Positions 15,497 through 28,618 of a stretch of 64,000 nucleotides of DNA are shown here, piece by piece. The translations under genes were made by a program, and so were the position numbers. The notes under the pieces are model-generated. The model saw nothing but the letters and a program-made list of their open reading frames with translations. It searched no databases and was not told the origin of the DNA. Source of the stretch: Eledone cirrhosa (taxonomy: Eukaryota); assembly GCA_964016885.1 (NCBI GenBank), contig OZ024742.1:174964001-175028000 (forward strand), read 5' to 3'. Position 1 is the first letter of the stretch. The number at the start of each line of letters is the position of its first letter.

Positions 15497-15718
15497 GTCC
15501 ACACTGTAAGGTGGCTGTGTAGGAGACATGGTGAAAAGGCTCCCAGTCCACACTGTAAATGTGGTTGGTGTTAGGAAGGGCATCCAGCTGTAAAAAAACT
15601 TGCCAGAGATGCTACCATGCGAGCGATATATGGTCTCCCGACCATTCCCGCATCAAATGGAACAAAACCGTCTAACCCACGCTAGAGTGGAAGAATGGAC
15701 GTTAAACGATGATGATGA
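15497..15718 (+). mobile_element. SINE (GGAAGGGCATCCAGCTGT family)
   Basis: CAGTCCACACTGTAA subrepeats, conserved motif, GACGTTAAACGATGATGAT tail. Confidence 0.7.
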
Positions 15719-16449
15719 TAATATATATACAAATGTTCTTAAAGCTCGAGTTGAAACACGAGTGAATTAGAATTCTAATGCACTCGCACTTTAACTCGAT
15801 CTTCGAGAAAACTTTGTTTGGATTTTTATTCCAGCTATAGTAGCTTTCTATTTTAGATGGATACCATGGCCTCCGGTTTGTTGGCTATTTCTGTCCGTCT
15901 TTCTTCTCCCTCTTCTTTCGTTCTTACATTCTCCTTCTTGCTGATTCTGGTCTTCTCGTCCCCATCTCCTACCCGTGGCTCTACTTATCACATCCGTTTG
16001 CTGCCACTTCCACAGCAACAGGGCTTGTTGTCTTTTCTAGTAGTGACTTGGTGCCGAGCAGATGCATCTTGTATCTCCCTCTCTCTCTGATCTGTATATC
16101 TCTCCAATTAGTTTGTTTTATCATGCATACATCTTACTATCAGAAATATTTATTTTCTATTGCAAGAACTGGCAATTTTCTGTAGTACTCTCAAGTTAAA
16201 TTGTTCAAAACCACAACCGTTCTTAGAGCTGAGGAGGTGAAATGATATTTGTTTGATCTTGTCTTGTTCGTTTTCTTCGCTCTTTTCTTCCTACCACTTT
16301 TGTGGGGCAACACAGTTCTAGCTGCTGATATCTGTCCTTTAAGCTAAAGTTTACCCAATGCTGTCACTGGTGGCATTTTGCTGTTTTAACAGCTATTCTT
16401 GCAATCAGTTTTTCTCATTATTTTTCTCATTATTTTATGGATATATATA

Positions 16450-17050
16450 TATACATAGGTGAACGGCAAAGCCTAAACGAATTCGGAGAGAGATGAGGCA
16501 AAAGCGGAATCACATGGTGTGTGCAGGAGAGGAGATTATGTATAGACATGTGATGCATATGAAGGATGACAGCTGCATAAAAAGGTGCAGAGTGCTAAAA
16601 GTTGATGGAAGCCTTGGAGTGGGGAGACCCAAGAAAACCTGGGATGATGTGATAAAAAGCTGATCTTGCTCCAATTGCACCTCTCAAAGGATTGAGACCT
16701 CTGGCGTTACTCACTAATACAGAAGACTCAACTTCCCATGGGTACAAGCCGAAGCTGAAGAATAAAGAAAGTATGCCCCTACGCCCTCCCACTGTAAAGT
16801 GGTCATGTATGTGTCACCACAAAAAAAGAACCCAGTCCACACTGTAAAGTGGCCGTGTAGGTGCCATAGTAAAAAGAACTCAGTACTCACTGTAAATGGT
16901 GTTAGGACAGAGCATCCAGCTGTAGAAATCAAGCCAAAATTAGTTCTGTATGAGCAAGACATGGTCACCTGACCTAGCATTGCCCACAACAGGACAACGT
17001 GTCTAACCCATGCTAGCGTGGAAAAGTGGACATAAAATGGTGATAATGAT
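16450..17050 (+). mobile_element. RTE 3' fragment followed by a SINE of the same family as 15497
   Basis: 16520-16650 encodes RRRLCIDM../GRPKKTWD-like RTE C-terminus; 16785-17050 has CACTGTAAAGTGG subrepeats and a GAT tail. Confidence 0.6.
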
Positions 17051-17342
17051 ATACATATTTATGATATAATACAATCCAGCAGAAAGTTGTCAACATGGGT
17101 TAATGTAAAAAATCACTTCTTGCTATTTTAATATCCCTATCTGTCACGTCTGAATAATTTATTATTCAAACAAAGTTTTTATCTTGGAAATTGTGAAGAA
17201 AATGTGGCAAAAAAATTTTAGAGTTATGATTAAGAAATAATAGTTTCATTTACCGTATTATATCACAACATCTTTTATATTATCTAATTTCATTGTTTGA
17301 GGGGAAAAATTGTTGCTCTAGTATGAAATAATTGATATATAT

Positions 17343-17690
17343 ATCATCATCATCATCATCACTATTTAATGTCCATTTCTCCACGCTAGCATGGGTCAGA
17401 TGAGTTATCCTGTTATGAGCAATGCCAGGTCAGATGCTCATGTCTTTTGGCTTGGTTTCTACAGCTGGATGCCCTTCCTAGCACCAACCTCATTTACAGT
17501 GAGTACTGGTTGCTTTTTCTCGTGATGCCTACATAACCAGTTTACCGTGTGGACTGAGTGCTTTTTCTCGTGACACCTACACAAACACTTTACAGTATGG
17601 GCTAGGCACTTTTTACCCTGTGACCGCTTTACAATGAGGGCTGGGCACTTTTGTCGTTTCCCCATCATGACCATTTTACAGTGTGGGCTG
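17343..17690 (-). mobile_element. SINE (same family), inverted relative to 16785-17050
   Basis: (CAT)n start, TTTCTACAGCTGGATGCCCTTCCT, tandem ~38-bp TTTACAGT subrepeats. Confidence 0.7.
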
Positions 17691-17816
17691 GAGGCTTCAC
17701 TGGTTGTATACTTCAGTTTGTCCTCATGGGAGATATATGAATGTATGAGAGGGGGTTGGGGGTGCGTACTATATATATGCTTCAGCTTTTGCCTGTCCCC
17801 ATGTGGGAAGTCAGAT

Positions 17817-17881
<65 letters not shown>

Positions 17882-17991
17882 TCATCATCATCATCATCAA
17901 ATTTTACGTCCGCTTTTCCACCTAATATATATATATATATATATATATTAATTCAAAATATTAACAAAATAGAAATTCTTGTGATCAATTA

Positions 17992-18058
17992 TATTTTATT
18001 ATACATATTTCAGAGGCACTGAATTAAGTTAAACAGTACGTCCTCATCAGATAAAATA
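17992..18058 (-). ncRNA. Type I hammerhead ribozyme (family F), intact core, in the inverted pLTR arm
   Basis: TATTTTAT-CTGATGA-GGAC-GTACTG..CAGTGC-CTCT-GAAA-TATGTA-TA-ATAAAATA on the minus strand. Forward copies at 18458, 22459 and 26460 have AAAA instead of GAAA. Confidence 0.75.
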
Positions 18059-18719
18059 AAATGATACATGACATACCCTGACATAGTAGATGGTTAAGAT
18101 TTAATCAAGGTAGTGATTAACTTATGACAAAACTCAATATGTATACCCTAATATTGCGAACATAACTAAATAAGTTATCACATCAGCTGTTTCTTCCTAT
18201 ATGCTTTCCTTTCCCTCCTCTTTCTCTATAGATTTTAAAAATATAAATTCTATAACTGTTATATTGATGCCATGTATTTCTTAAAATATATTACTCAAAC
18301 TCTCTCTATTGTTTGTATTACGTTTTCTCATGTTCTCAATATTAGGGTGTAAATATTGAGTTTTGTCATAAGTTAATCACTACCTTGATTAAATCTTAAA
18401 CAACTACCATGTCAGGGTATGTCAGGTATCATTTTATTTTATTTTATTTTATTTTATCTGATGAGGACGTACTGTTGAACTTAATTCCGTGCCTCTAAAA
18501 TATGTATAATAAAATATAATTGATCACAAGAATATCTATTTTGTTAATATTTTGAATTAATATTAATAACTCTGGAAACTATTAACTGTAGAATGCTTCC
18601 AATCTATTGTCAAACTCATTCGTTGATGTATTCATTGAATCTTGTTTAACTCTTAAATATATATAGCTCCCAGCAGGTTGAGCGCTTTTCTATACAGTAG
18701 ATTGCATATTTAATAAATT

Positions 18720-20944
18720 ATGGAATTCTTAACCTTCCCGACATCCCTTAAGTGAGGAATACATGAGGAAAATTATCGAACAAACAAACTCTTTTATAAG
18801 AAGAATGAGATGGCGAGCATTTCATTTCGAAAATAAAGATGCTAAAAGAAAAACCAACAGCAATCATTTCGAAACTTTATTTAAATCAAGAAAGAATCCT
18901 ACATACAACAAACTCCTGGAGTATTTTGAAACTGAAATGCTCGGTATACTTAAGAAAATTAAATTTAGGAAAAACCCATATATAGGTCACCAATACCTTA
19001 GAACTTTAAAAGAAAAAATCACGGAAATAAAAAAAAAGTGAATAAAATATTGGTAAAATCGGACAAAACAAACAATTTATATGGGATAAATAAAGAAGAA
19101 TATAATAACTTGATTTTAAAGGAACTTAGGAAAAATTATAAAACGCCCCGGCTGAAGATCTTACAGACATCAATAATGATGCATATAAATTAATTGCCAA
19201 ATTAGAAATTGAAGGAAGAACAGAGCCTCTTATAACTAGACAGCCGCGGATCAATTTATAAGATCACAAAAGAAACTTCGAGGAATACCTGCCAGTTAGA
19301 CTGATTGCTCCATCCAAATCGGATATTGGAGTAATCAGTAAAGATATTATTGATATAATTCTACCTACTCTGAAATTGAGGTCTAAATTGAGCTTGTGGA
19401 AGGATACACCGAAGTCATTGAATGGTATAAGAATATAGATGATAAGAAAAACCGTAAATTCATCCAGATGGACATAACAAGCTATTACTCTTCCATTACG
19501 CCCAACCTACTGAATAAGGCTTTATCATACGCTTACAAACATACTGATCTAACTACGGATGAAATTGATATCATATTAACTGCTAGAAGAACTCTTATTA
19601 ACTTCAACAATGAGTATTGGACCCGCTCAGATAGAAATAGAAACTTTGACATTACCATGGGATCATCTGATTCAGCGCAAATCACGGATCTTCTGGGAAT
19701 TTTCATCTTAAATATGATAAATAGAAAACTGCCGGAGATTACCGGTGGTTTATATAGGGACGATATTTTATTTACGGTTGTTAAACACAACAATATAGAA
19801 CTAAATAAAGTAAAGAAAAATATAATTGAATTCTTTAAAATTTACGACCTTGAACTAGAAGTAAAAAGTGGTACCAAAATAGTTAATTTCCTTGATGTTA
19901 CCTTTAACTTAAACTCTGGTTTTTATTACCCTTTCCATAAGCCCAATGAAAACTTAAATTACGTTAGTTATTACTCTAATCACCCTAAGTCAGTGAAAAA
20001 AGCAAATGTAAATAGCGTACAAAAACGCAGAAATAGAATATCTGCCAATAAATCAATATTTGATGTAAATGCAGGATATTACAATGATGCGCTAAAAAAG
20101 GCAGGTTATAAAAATAATATAGAATATATAGACAATAATAATCCAAGTTTTAATCCTGATAAAAATATTGGCATATATAAACGAAATTTTATAAATTCTA
20201 TTAATTATAATTTAAACACCTGTACTGTGAATAAATTGGGGAAAAGAACCAGAACTAAATCAGTTATATGCCCCCCACCCCACCCCTGCTTCTGTAGCAG
20301 TAAGAACACCAATAGCTAATCTATTTTTTAAAGCTTTGGATACTTCATTCCCTAGTCAACATAAATAACATTCCATTTTTAATAAACACATAATAAAATT
20401 ATCTTATTCTACAACTATGAATATGGCCCAAACCACGCTAAAATAAACAGTATAATTCTAAATCAAAATCAACATAATGATATAAATAATAATAAATCTA
20501 AATGTAATTGTAGAAATGAACCAGATTGCCCTCTGAAAAATAATTGTTTGGATAGAAATTTGGTGTAATTGCACCGTAAAAACAAATGACAACACATACA
20601 ACTACATAGGAGCAACTTCTTCAACATTTAAATCGAGATTTGCGAATCACAAATGCTCATTCTCGAATTCTAATAGGAAGTCTTCGACTTCTTTATCACA
20701 GTTTATATGGTCATTAAAAGACAAAAAGTTAAAATACTCGATCTTTTGGGCGAAGCTTTGTAATAGTGGAGTTTATATCAACTCTTCAATATCAATTAAC
20801 TGCAGCCTCTGTACAAAGGAGACCCTATTAATAATTAATAATTATGAAAACTTAATTAACAAAAAAAGTGAATTATTCTCAAACTGCCTTCATAAAGCTT
20901 TGTCTACATTCCAAGCCTCGCAAAAAGTCATGAAAAAACAGTAA
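18720..20944 (+). pseudogene. Naiad-like RT plus C-terminal GIY-YIG polyprotein, frameshifted (copy 1)
   Basis: FIRRMRWRAFHF, FIQMDITSYYSSI, FDITMGSSDSAQITDLLG, GLYRDDIL, VNFLDVTFNL, CNCR..CPL..C, NYIGATSSTFKSRFANH, CSLCTKE, LINKKSELFSNCLH; several frameshifts and stops. Confidence 0.88.
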
Positions 20945-22720
20945 GCAACCAAGCCTGATTTTCGACGTCTATCATCAACTGTTGAACTTATAAGTCATAA
21001 CGGTTTATAAAATTTTAATAATGCTTTATCTTCTAATCATTTATAATGGAATTAATGTTCGAATGAATGACACTTGTTTGATGACTGGTTTACTTGATAG
21101 ATATGCATACCCTATGATTGTTTGGATATTTTTAACTTTGATTCAGATCTTTATTTTTCTGTCTCTGTTTTAAATATATAGTTTAGATATCTAACTTGTA
21201 AATTTACTGATTATAATTTGAACTGTGGATCATTCATGCGTTTCCATATTTTATATATATATATAATTTACTAATTTTGAGATGGTTTTTGGGGACTCAG
21301 AAAGTTGGATTTTCACTTTGTTTTTTTATGTATATTTAACAAACCATAATAGCTGACAAATATTGGTCTATATCTCCACCGAACTGGAGGTAAAACTACA
21401 ATTATAGCATTACTAACAATGATTATAATTGTTATTCTTTATTAAATGTATACCGTTTCATTAATACCTATAATTATATCTATATATAGTTTGTACAAAT
21501 ATCTTTATCTAGTGTAATAACATAATCGCAGTTACATTTATACATAATTTAAACACTCAAATGACATTATGTATTATTATAAGTGTTTGGTTTTCCCTGG
21601 AAGGTCGAACTTATATAATCATTTACTTAATACAATATATGAACAAATAATAAACTATAATCTTGGTATATTATGATCAATACATATATATAGTTGAAAA
21701 TTCTGACTTCTTTAAGTTTGATTATAAAGCCGATTGATACTTTAGGCACTCAAACTATTAACAATAAATTCTTTAATAGTTATAACTATAAATATCTTAT
21801 AAATTATATTATAGAAACTATTGTCAATATTATGAGTAATTTTGGTAAAGATTACCTTTGTGGGGATAGGAAACATTATATATATATATTTTCCTTCTTT
21901 CTCGGGTTTCGTAAATCCTTTAAATTTGTTTTCATAAAATTTGAATTTTAGAAATTTAATATAATTATATTATAATATTAATACAAATACCTATTAACTT
22001 TTAAAACCTAAAATTTGATTCTTTACCCTGAAATAACATAAATTAAATATTTTGAAAATTAACCGCCAACTATACTATATAAGAATCTGTGTGTTTAGAA
22101 ACTTGAACATAAATTACTCCCCTTTGTCTCTCTCTCTCTTTAATCATCTTTCATCTGTCTTCTCAAGCTAAATACTAAATAAGTTATTACATCAGCTGTT
22201 TCTTCCTATATGCTTTCCTTTCCCTCCTCTTTCTCTAGTAGTTTTTAAAAATTAAAAATTCTATAACTGTTATATTGATGCCATGTATTTCTTAAAATAT
22301 ATTACTCACACTCTCTCTATTGTTTGTATTACGTTTTCTCGTGTTCTCAATATTAGCGTATACATATTGAGTTTTGTCATAAGTTAATCACTACCTTGAT
22401 TAAATCTTAACCATCTACCATGTCAGGGTATGTCATGTATCATTTTATTTTATTTTATCTGATGAGGACGTACTGTTGAACTTAATTTCGTGCCTCTAAA
22501 ATATGTATAATAAAATATAATTGATCACAAGAATATCTATTTTGTTAATATTTTGAATTAATATTAATAACTCTGGAAACTATTAACTGTAGAATGCTTC
22601 CAATCTATTGTCAAACTCATTCGTTGATGTATTCATTGAATCTTGTTTAACTCTTAAATATATATAGCTCCCAGCAGGTTGAGCGCTTTTCTATACAGTA
22701 GATTGCATATTTAATAAATT

Positions 22721-24945
22721 ATGGAATTCTTAACCTTCCCGACATCCCTTAAGTGAGGAATACATGAGGAAAATTATCGAACAAACAAACTCTTTTATAA
22801 GAAGAATGAGATGGCGAGCATTTCATTTCGAAAATAAAGATGCTAAAAGAAAAACCAACAGCAATCATTTCGAAACTTTATTTAAATCAAGAAAGAATCC
22901 TACATACAACAAACTCCTGGAGTATTTTGAAACTGAAATGCTCGGTATACTTAAGAAAATTAAATTTAGGAAAAACCCATATATAGGTCACCAATACCTT
23001 AGAACTTTAAAAGAAAAAATCACGGAAATAAAAAAAAAGTGAATAAAATATTGGTAAAATCGGACAAAACAAACAATTTATATGGGATAAATAAAGAAGA
23101 ATATAATAACTTGATTTTAAAGGAACTTAGGAAAAATTATAAAACGCCCCGGCTGAAGATCTTACAGACATCAATAATGATGCATATAAATTAATTGCCA
23201 AATTAGAAATTGAAGGAAGAACAGAGCCTCTTATAACTAGACAGCCGCGGATCAATTTATAAGATCACAAAAGAAACTTCGAGGAATACCTGCCAGTTAG
23301 ACTGATTGCTCCATCCAAATCGGATATTGGAGTAATCAGTAAACATATTATTGATATAATTCTACCTACTCTGAAATTGAGGTCTAAATTGAGCTTGTGG
23401 AAGGATACACCGAAGTCATTGAATGGTATAAGAATATAGATGATAAGAAAAACCGTAAATTCATCCAGATGGACATAACAAGCTATTACTCTTCCATTAC
23501 GCCCAACCTACTGAATAAGGCTTTATCATACGCTTACAAACATACTGATCTAACTACGGATGAAATTGATATCATATTAACTGCTAGAAGAACTCTTATT
23601 AACTTCAACAATGAGTATTGGACCCGCTCAGATAGAAATAGAAACTTTGACATTACCATGGGATCATCTGATTCAGCGCAAATCACGGATCTTCTGGGAA
23701 TTTTCATCTTAAATATGATAAATAGAAAACTGCCGGAGATTACCGGTGGTTTATATAGGGACGATATTTTATTTACGGTTGTTAAACACAACAATATAGA
23801 ACTAAATAAAGTAAAGAAAAATATAATTGAATTCTTTAAAATTTACGACCTTGAACTAGAAGTAAAAAGTGGTACCAAAATAGTTAATTTCCTTGATGTT
23901 ACCTTTAACTTAAACTCTGGTTTTTATTACCCTTTCCATAAGCCCAATGAAAACTTAAATTACGTTAGTTATTACTCTAATCACCCTAAGTCAGTGAAAA
24001 AAGCAAATGTAAATAGCGTACAAAAACGCAGAAATAGAATATCTGCCAATAAATCAATATTTGATGTAAATGCAGGATATTACAATGATGCGCTAAAAAA
24101 GGCAGGTTATAAAAATAATATAGAATATATAGACAATAATAATCCAAGTTTTAATCCTGATAAAAATATTGGCATATATAAACGAAATTTTATAAATTCT
24201 ATTAATTATAATTTAAACACCTGTACTGTGAATAAATTGGGGAAAAGAACCAGAACTAAATCAGTTATATGCCCCCCACCCCACCCCTGCTTCTGTAGCA
24301 GTAAGAACACCAATAGCTAATCTATTTTTTAAAGCTTTGGATAGTTCATTCCCTAGTCAACATAAATAACATTCCATTTTTAATAAACACATAATAAAAT
24401 TATCTTATTCTACAACTATGAATATGGCCCAAACCACGCTAAAATAAACAGTATAATTCTAAATCAAAATCAACATAATGATATAAATAATAATAAATCT
24501 AAATGTAATTGTAGAAATGAACCAGATTGCCCTCTGAAAAATAATTGTTTGGATAGAAATTTGGTGTAATTGCACCGTAAAAACAAATGACAACACATAC
24601 AACTACATAGGAGCAACTTCTTCAACATTTAAATCGAGATTTGCGAATCACAAATGCTCATTCTCGAATTCTAATAGGAAGTCTTCGACTTCTTTATCAC
24701 AGTTTATATGGTCATTAAAAGACAAAAAGTTAAAATACTCGATCTTTTGGGCGAAGCTTTGTAATAGTGGAGTTTATATCAACTCTTCAATATCAATTAA
24801 CTGCAGCCTCTGTACAAAGGAGACCCTATTAATAATTAATAATTATGAAAACTTAATTAACAAAAAAAGTGAATTATTCTCAAACTGCCTTCATAAAGCT
24901 TTGTCTACATTCCAAGCCTCGCAAAAAGTCATGAAAAAACAGTAA
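22721..24945 (+). pseudogene. Naiad-like RT/GIY-YIG pseudogene (copy 2)
   Basis: Near-identical to copy 1, including the same disabling mutations. Confidence 0.88.
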
Positions 24946-26793
24946 GCAACCAAGCCTGATTTTCGACGTCTATCATCAACTGTTGAACTTATAAGTCATA
25001 ACGGTTTATAAAATTTTAATAATGCTTTATCTTCTAATCATTTATAATGGAATTAATGTTCGAATGAATGACACTTGTTTGATGACTGGTTTACTTGATA
25101 GATATGCATACCCTATGATTGTTTGGATATTTTTAACTTTGATTCAGATCTTTATTTTTCTGTCTCTGTTTTAAATATATAGTTTAGATATCTAACTTGT
25201 AAATTTACTGATTATAATTTGAACTGTGGATCATTCATGCGTTTCCATATTTTATATATATATATAATTTACTAATTTTGAGATGGTTTTTGGGGACTCA
25301 GAAAGTTGGATTTTCACTTTGTTTTTTTATGTATATTTAACAAACCATAATAGCTGACAAATATTGGTCTATATCTCCACCGAACTGGAGGTAAAACTAC
25401 AATTATAGCATTACTAACAATGATTATAATTGTTATTCTTTATTAAATGTATACCGTTTCATTAATACCTATAATTATATCTATATATAGTTTGTACAAA
25501 TATCTTTATCTAGTGTAATAACATAATCGCAGTTACATTTATACATAATTTAAACACTCAAATGACATTATGTATTATTATAAGTGTTTGGTTTTCCCTG
25601 GAAGGTCGAACTTATATAATCATTTACTTAATACAATATATGAACAAATAATAAACTATAATCTTGGTATATTATGATCAATACATATATATAGTTGAAA
25701 ATTCTGACTTCTTTAAGTTTGATTATAAAGCCGATTGATACTTTAGGCACTCAAACTATTAACAATAAATTCTTTAATAGTTATAACTATAAATATCTTA
25801 TAAATTATATTATAGAAACTATTGTCAATATTATGAGTAATTTTGGTAAAGATTACCTTCGTGGGGATAGGAAACATTATATATATATATTTTCTTTCTT
25901 TCTCGGGTTTCGTAAATCCTTTAAATTTGTTTTCATAAAATTTGAATTTTAGAAATTTAATATAATTGTATTATAATATTAATACAAATACCTATTAACT
26001 TTTAAAACCTAAAATTTGATTCTTTACCCTGAAATAACATAAATTAAATATTTTGAAAATTAACCGCCAACTATACTATATAAGAATCTGTGTGTTTAGA
26101 AACTTGAACATAAATTACTCCCCTTTGTCTCTCTCTCTCTTTAATCATCTTTCATCTGTCTTCTCAAGCTAAATACTAAATAAGTTATTACATCAGCTGT
26201 TTCTTCCTATATGCTTTCCTTTCCCTCCTCTTTCTCTAGTAGTTTTTAAAAATTAAAAATTCTATAACTGTTATATTGATGCCATGTATTTCTTAAAATA
26301 TATTACTCACACTCTCTCTATTGTTTGTATTACGTTTTCTCGTGTTCTCAATATTAGGGTATACATATTGAGTTTTGTCATAAGTTAATCACTACCTTGA
26401 TTAAATCTTAACCATCTACCATGTCAGGGTATGTCATGTATCATTTTATTTTATTTTATCTGATGAGGACGTACTGTTGAACTTAATTCCGTGCCTCTAA
26501 AATATGTATAATAAAATATAATTGATCACAAGAATATCTATTTTGTTAATATTTTGAATTAATATTAATAACTCTGGAAACTATTAATTGTAGAGTGCTT
26601 CCAATCTATTGTAAAACTCATTCTTTGATGTATTCATTCAATCTTGTTTAACTCTTAAATATATATATATATATTAGGGTGGCCGCTTTTCCACCCTAAT
26701 ATATATATATATACTCTTTTACTCTTTTACCTGTTTCAGCCATCCGGCTGAGGCCATGCTGGGGCCCCACCCTTATATATATATATATATATA

Positions 26794-28618
26794 TTAGGGT
26801 GGCCCTTAGCAATAGGTAATTTTCTGAAAGTTTTTACAACAATAATTTCTATAGAATCAAAAACAATGTGAACACTGAACACTGAACATTATTTTTGCAT
26901 ATAAGAGATGATTTAGTGGGAGTTTGATATGTTTTACGGTTTTCGGTAATGATGTGTAAAACAAATTGTTTCTCAGTTTCATCTTTTGTGAGAATGTTAT
27001 TGTAATCTTGAATGAGTTTGACACCTCTTTCTGAAGCATCATTCACAACAACTGGCTTCTCAAGTTTTTCAAGTTCACTTTTGTAACCAGGATCATCCTT
27101 TCATGTTGAAGGCTCTTTGTCGAGGAAATCGGTGTTGATAGAAAATCTCATGAAGAAAGTTTCTGTACCAGGAGTTACAAAAGACTAAAACTTGATATTT
27201 GTAAAGGAAGAAAAGTCATTTTGGTAAAGTACCTCTTCAGTTGATTTTTCTACTTCCTCTTCTTTACCTTTGTCTGCTTCCAGCATAACTTGAGCAATAT
27301 TTGCCTTAACCTCTGTTGGAACATTGTCATCAAATATGGATAGAGCCACAGTTTTGGGAGCTAAGTACCAGAGATTGCTGGAAAACATTTTCGCAGCAGC
27401 CTTACTGATTTCTGGATCAATATCCTGATAATTTATCAGTTGACGCATGAATAGGAAATCCTGATAAGGTGCTTTAATTATTTCTGATGACAGAAACCAG
27501 GCTCAAATGTACACTTGAGCAAGAAAAATACATATTCTTCTTAAAGAGTTCTTCTCCCCAGGACATAACTGAAATTGATCTTGAAACAGGTATATCTTGA
27601 ATGCATAAATTGCATTTGACATCCACCTTCCATGACTTACAGCTCCTGGTGTATGAAACAATATCCCATTCTTTGGAATGCTGCCAAGAAAGATCATCGT
27701 TAACTCCAACAATTCTCAGTAATCATTTCGCTGTTTTTTCTGTGTAGAAAGTTGGTATTCAATAAATCCAAGAATAGTAGAGCGGATATCATCAGGCATT
27801 TCATTTCTACCAGTTATGTAAACCATCTTGTTCAGTTTCATCCAAGTTTCTCTAAATCTTTTGAAATACGCCATATCTGGACCAGAAGTTGCACCCATTC
27901 AGTGAGTCGAAACAGCTCCTCAAAACTAAATCTAAAATGTGATGACGGCCAGGGAAGTTCAACAGGTCGCGATTGAACAATTTTTCTAGATTTGTACAGG
28001 CACCATTTACTCGACTTGTGTTGTTTGCTGTCGTATCATGGCAAAGTGCCTGAATTTTGTCGGTTATATCCCACTTCTCCACTGCTTGATAAACAGCCAT
28101 AGCTTGCTGTTCTCCTGAAGATGTTGGAATTTCAGGATCTCCCAACAATTGCTCCTTGCCTTGAAAAGTTACTATTATTGCCAGTCTATCAACCTTTTCA
28201 ACGCCTGTGAGTGCTAGGAGCAGCTTTCCATCCCAGTGCAACACTAATTCTTGACAGCCATTTAGGTTAAATTTGTGCTGTATTTCTGTGTCTTGTTAAA
28301 TTTTTTTTTTAAGGCATTCAAAAGAAGTGCGATTTATTACCAGGTTTTCAGTATCATGCCTGAAAACCTCTGCAGCAGCCAATAATATGTAAACCCCATT
28401 TCTGTCAGTGATTTTGCACCTATCAAAAACCTCAGAGAGATGGGAGAGTAAATATGACTTCCCGGGCAAAAACTTCAAAATTTCACGGTCGATGAGGATC
28501 GCCTTGTAGTTGTCTGCTTAAGCTAAACTTTTACATAGATTGGTTCTCTGTTAATTCAAACAAAATAGGGGGCTGGGAGCTAAAACTTTGGAAAGTTGAA
28601 AAATAAGGGCCACCCTAA
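26794..28618 (-). mobile_element. hAT-superfamily (hATm-like) DNA transposon, degenerate transposase
   Basis: 15-bp TIRs TTAGGGTGGCCCTTA / TAAGGGCCACCCTAA within (TA)n; minus ORFs LHWDGKLL, CHDTTANNT, GRHHILDL (CxxH-like), PGAVSHGRWM, NDASERGVKLI. Confidence 0.75.

Larger units (their letters stand above)
17945..26660 (+). mobile_element. Naiad-type Penelope-like retroelement array: inverted pLTR arm, then pLTR-body-pLTR-body-pLTR (period 4001 bp)
   Basis: ORFs at 18763/22764 and 19396/23397 are identical and offset by 4001; pLTRs ~18165-18660, ~22174-22661, ~26175-26660; inverted arm 17945-18163; (TA)n on both sides. Confidence 0.92.

Noticed and set aside
17460-17690. ~38-bp tandem repeats resembling a CRISPR array (also 29900-30260 and 16790-16900)
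   Set aside because: Degenerate internal subrepeats of a SINE; no unique spacers, no cas genes, eukaryotic context.
20500-20944. Selenocysteine recoding (in-frame UGA), reported for some Naiad PLEs
   Set aside because: All Cys positions I translated in the Zn-binding/GIY-YIG region use TGT/TGC; disruptions there are frameshifts and TAA stops.
26762-26775. CCACCCTTA as another hAT TIR remnant
   Set aside because: Better explained as part of the SINE end beginning TACTCTTTTACTCTTTTAC at 26712.
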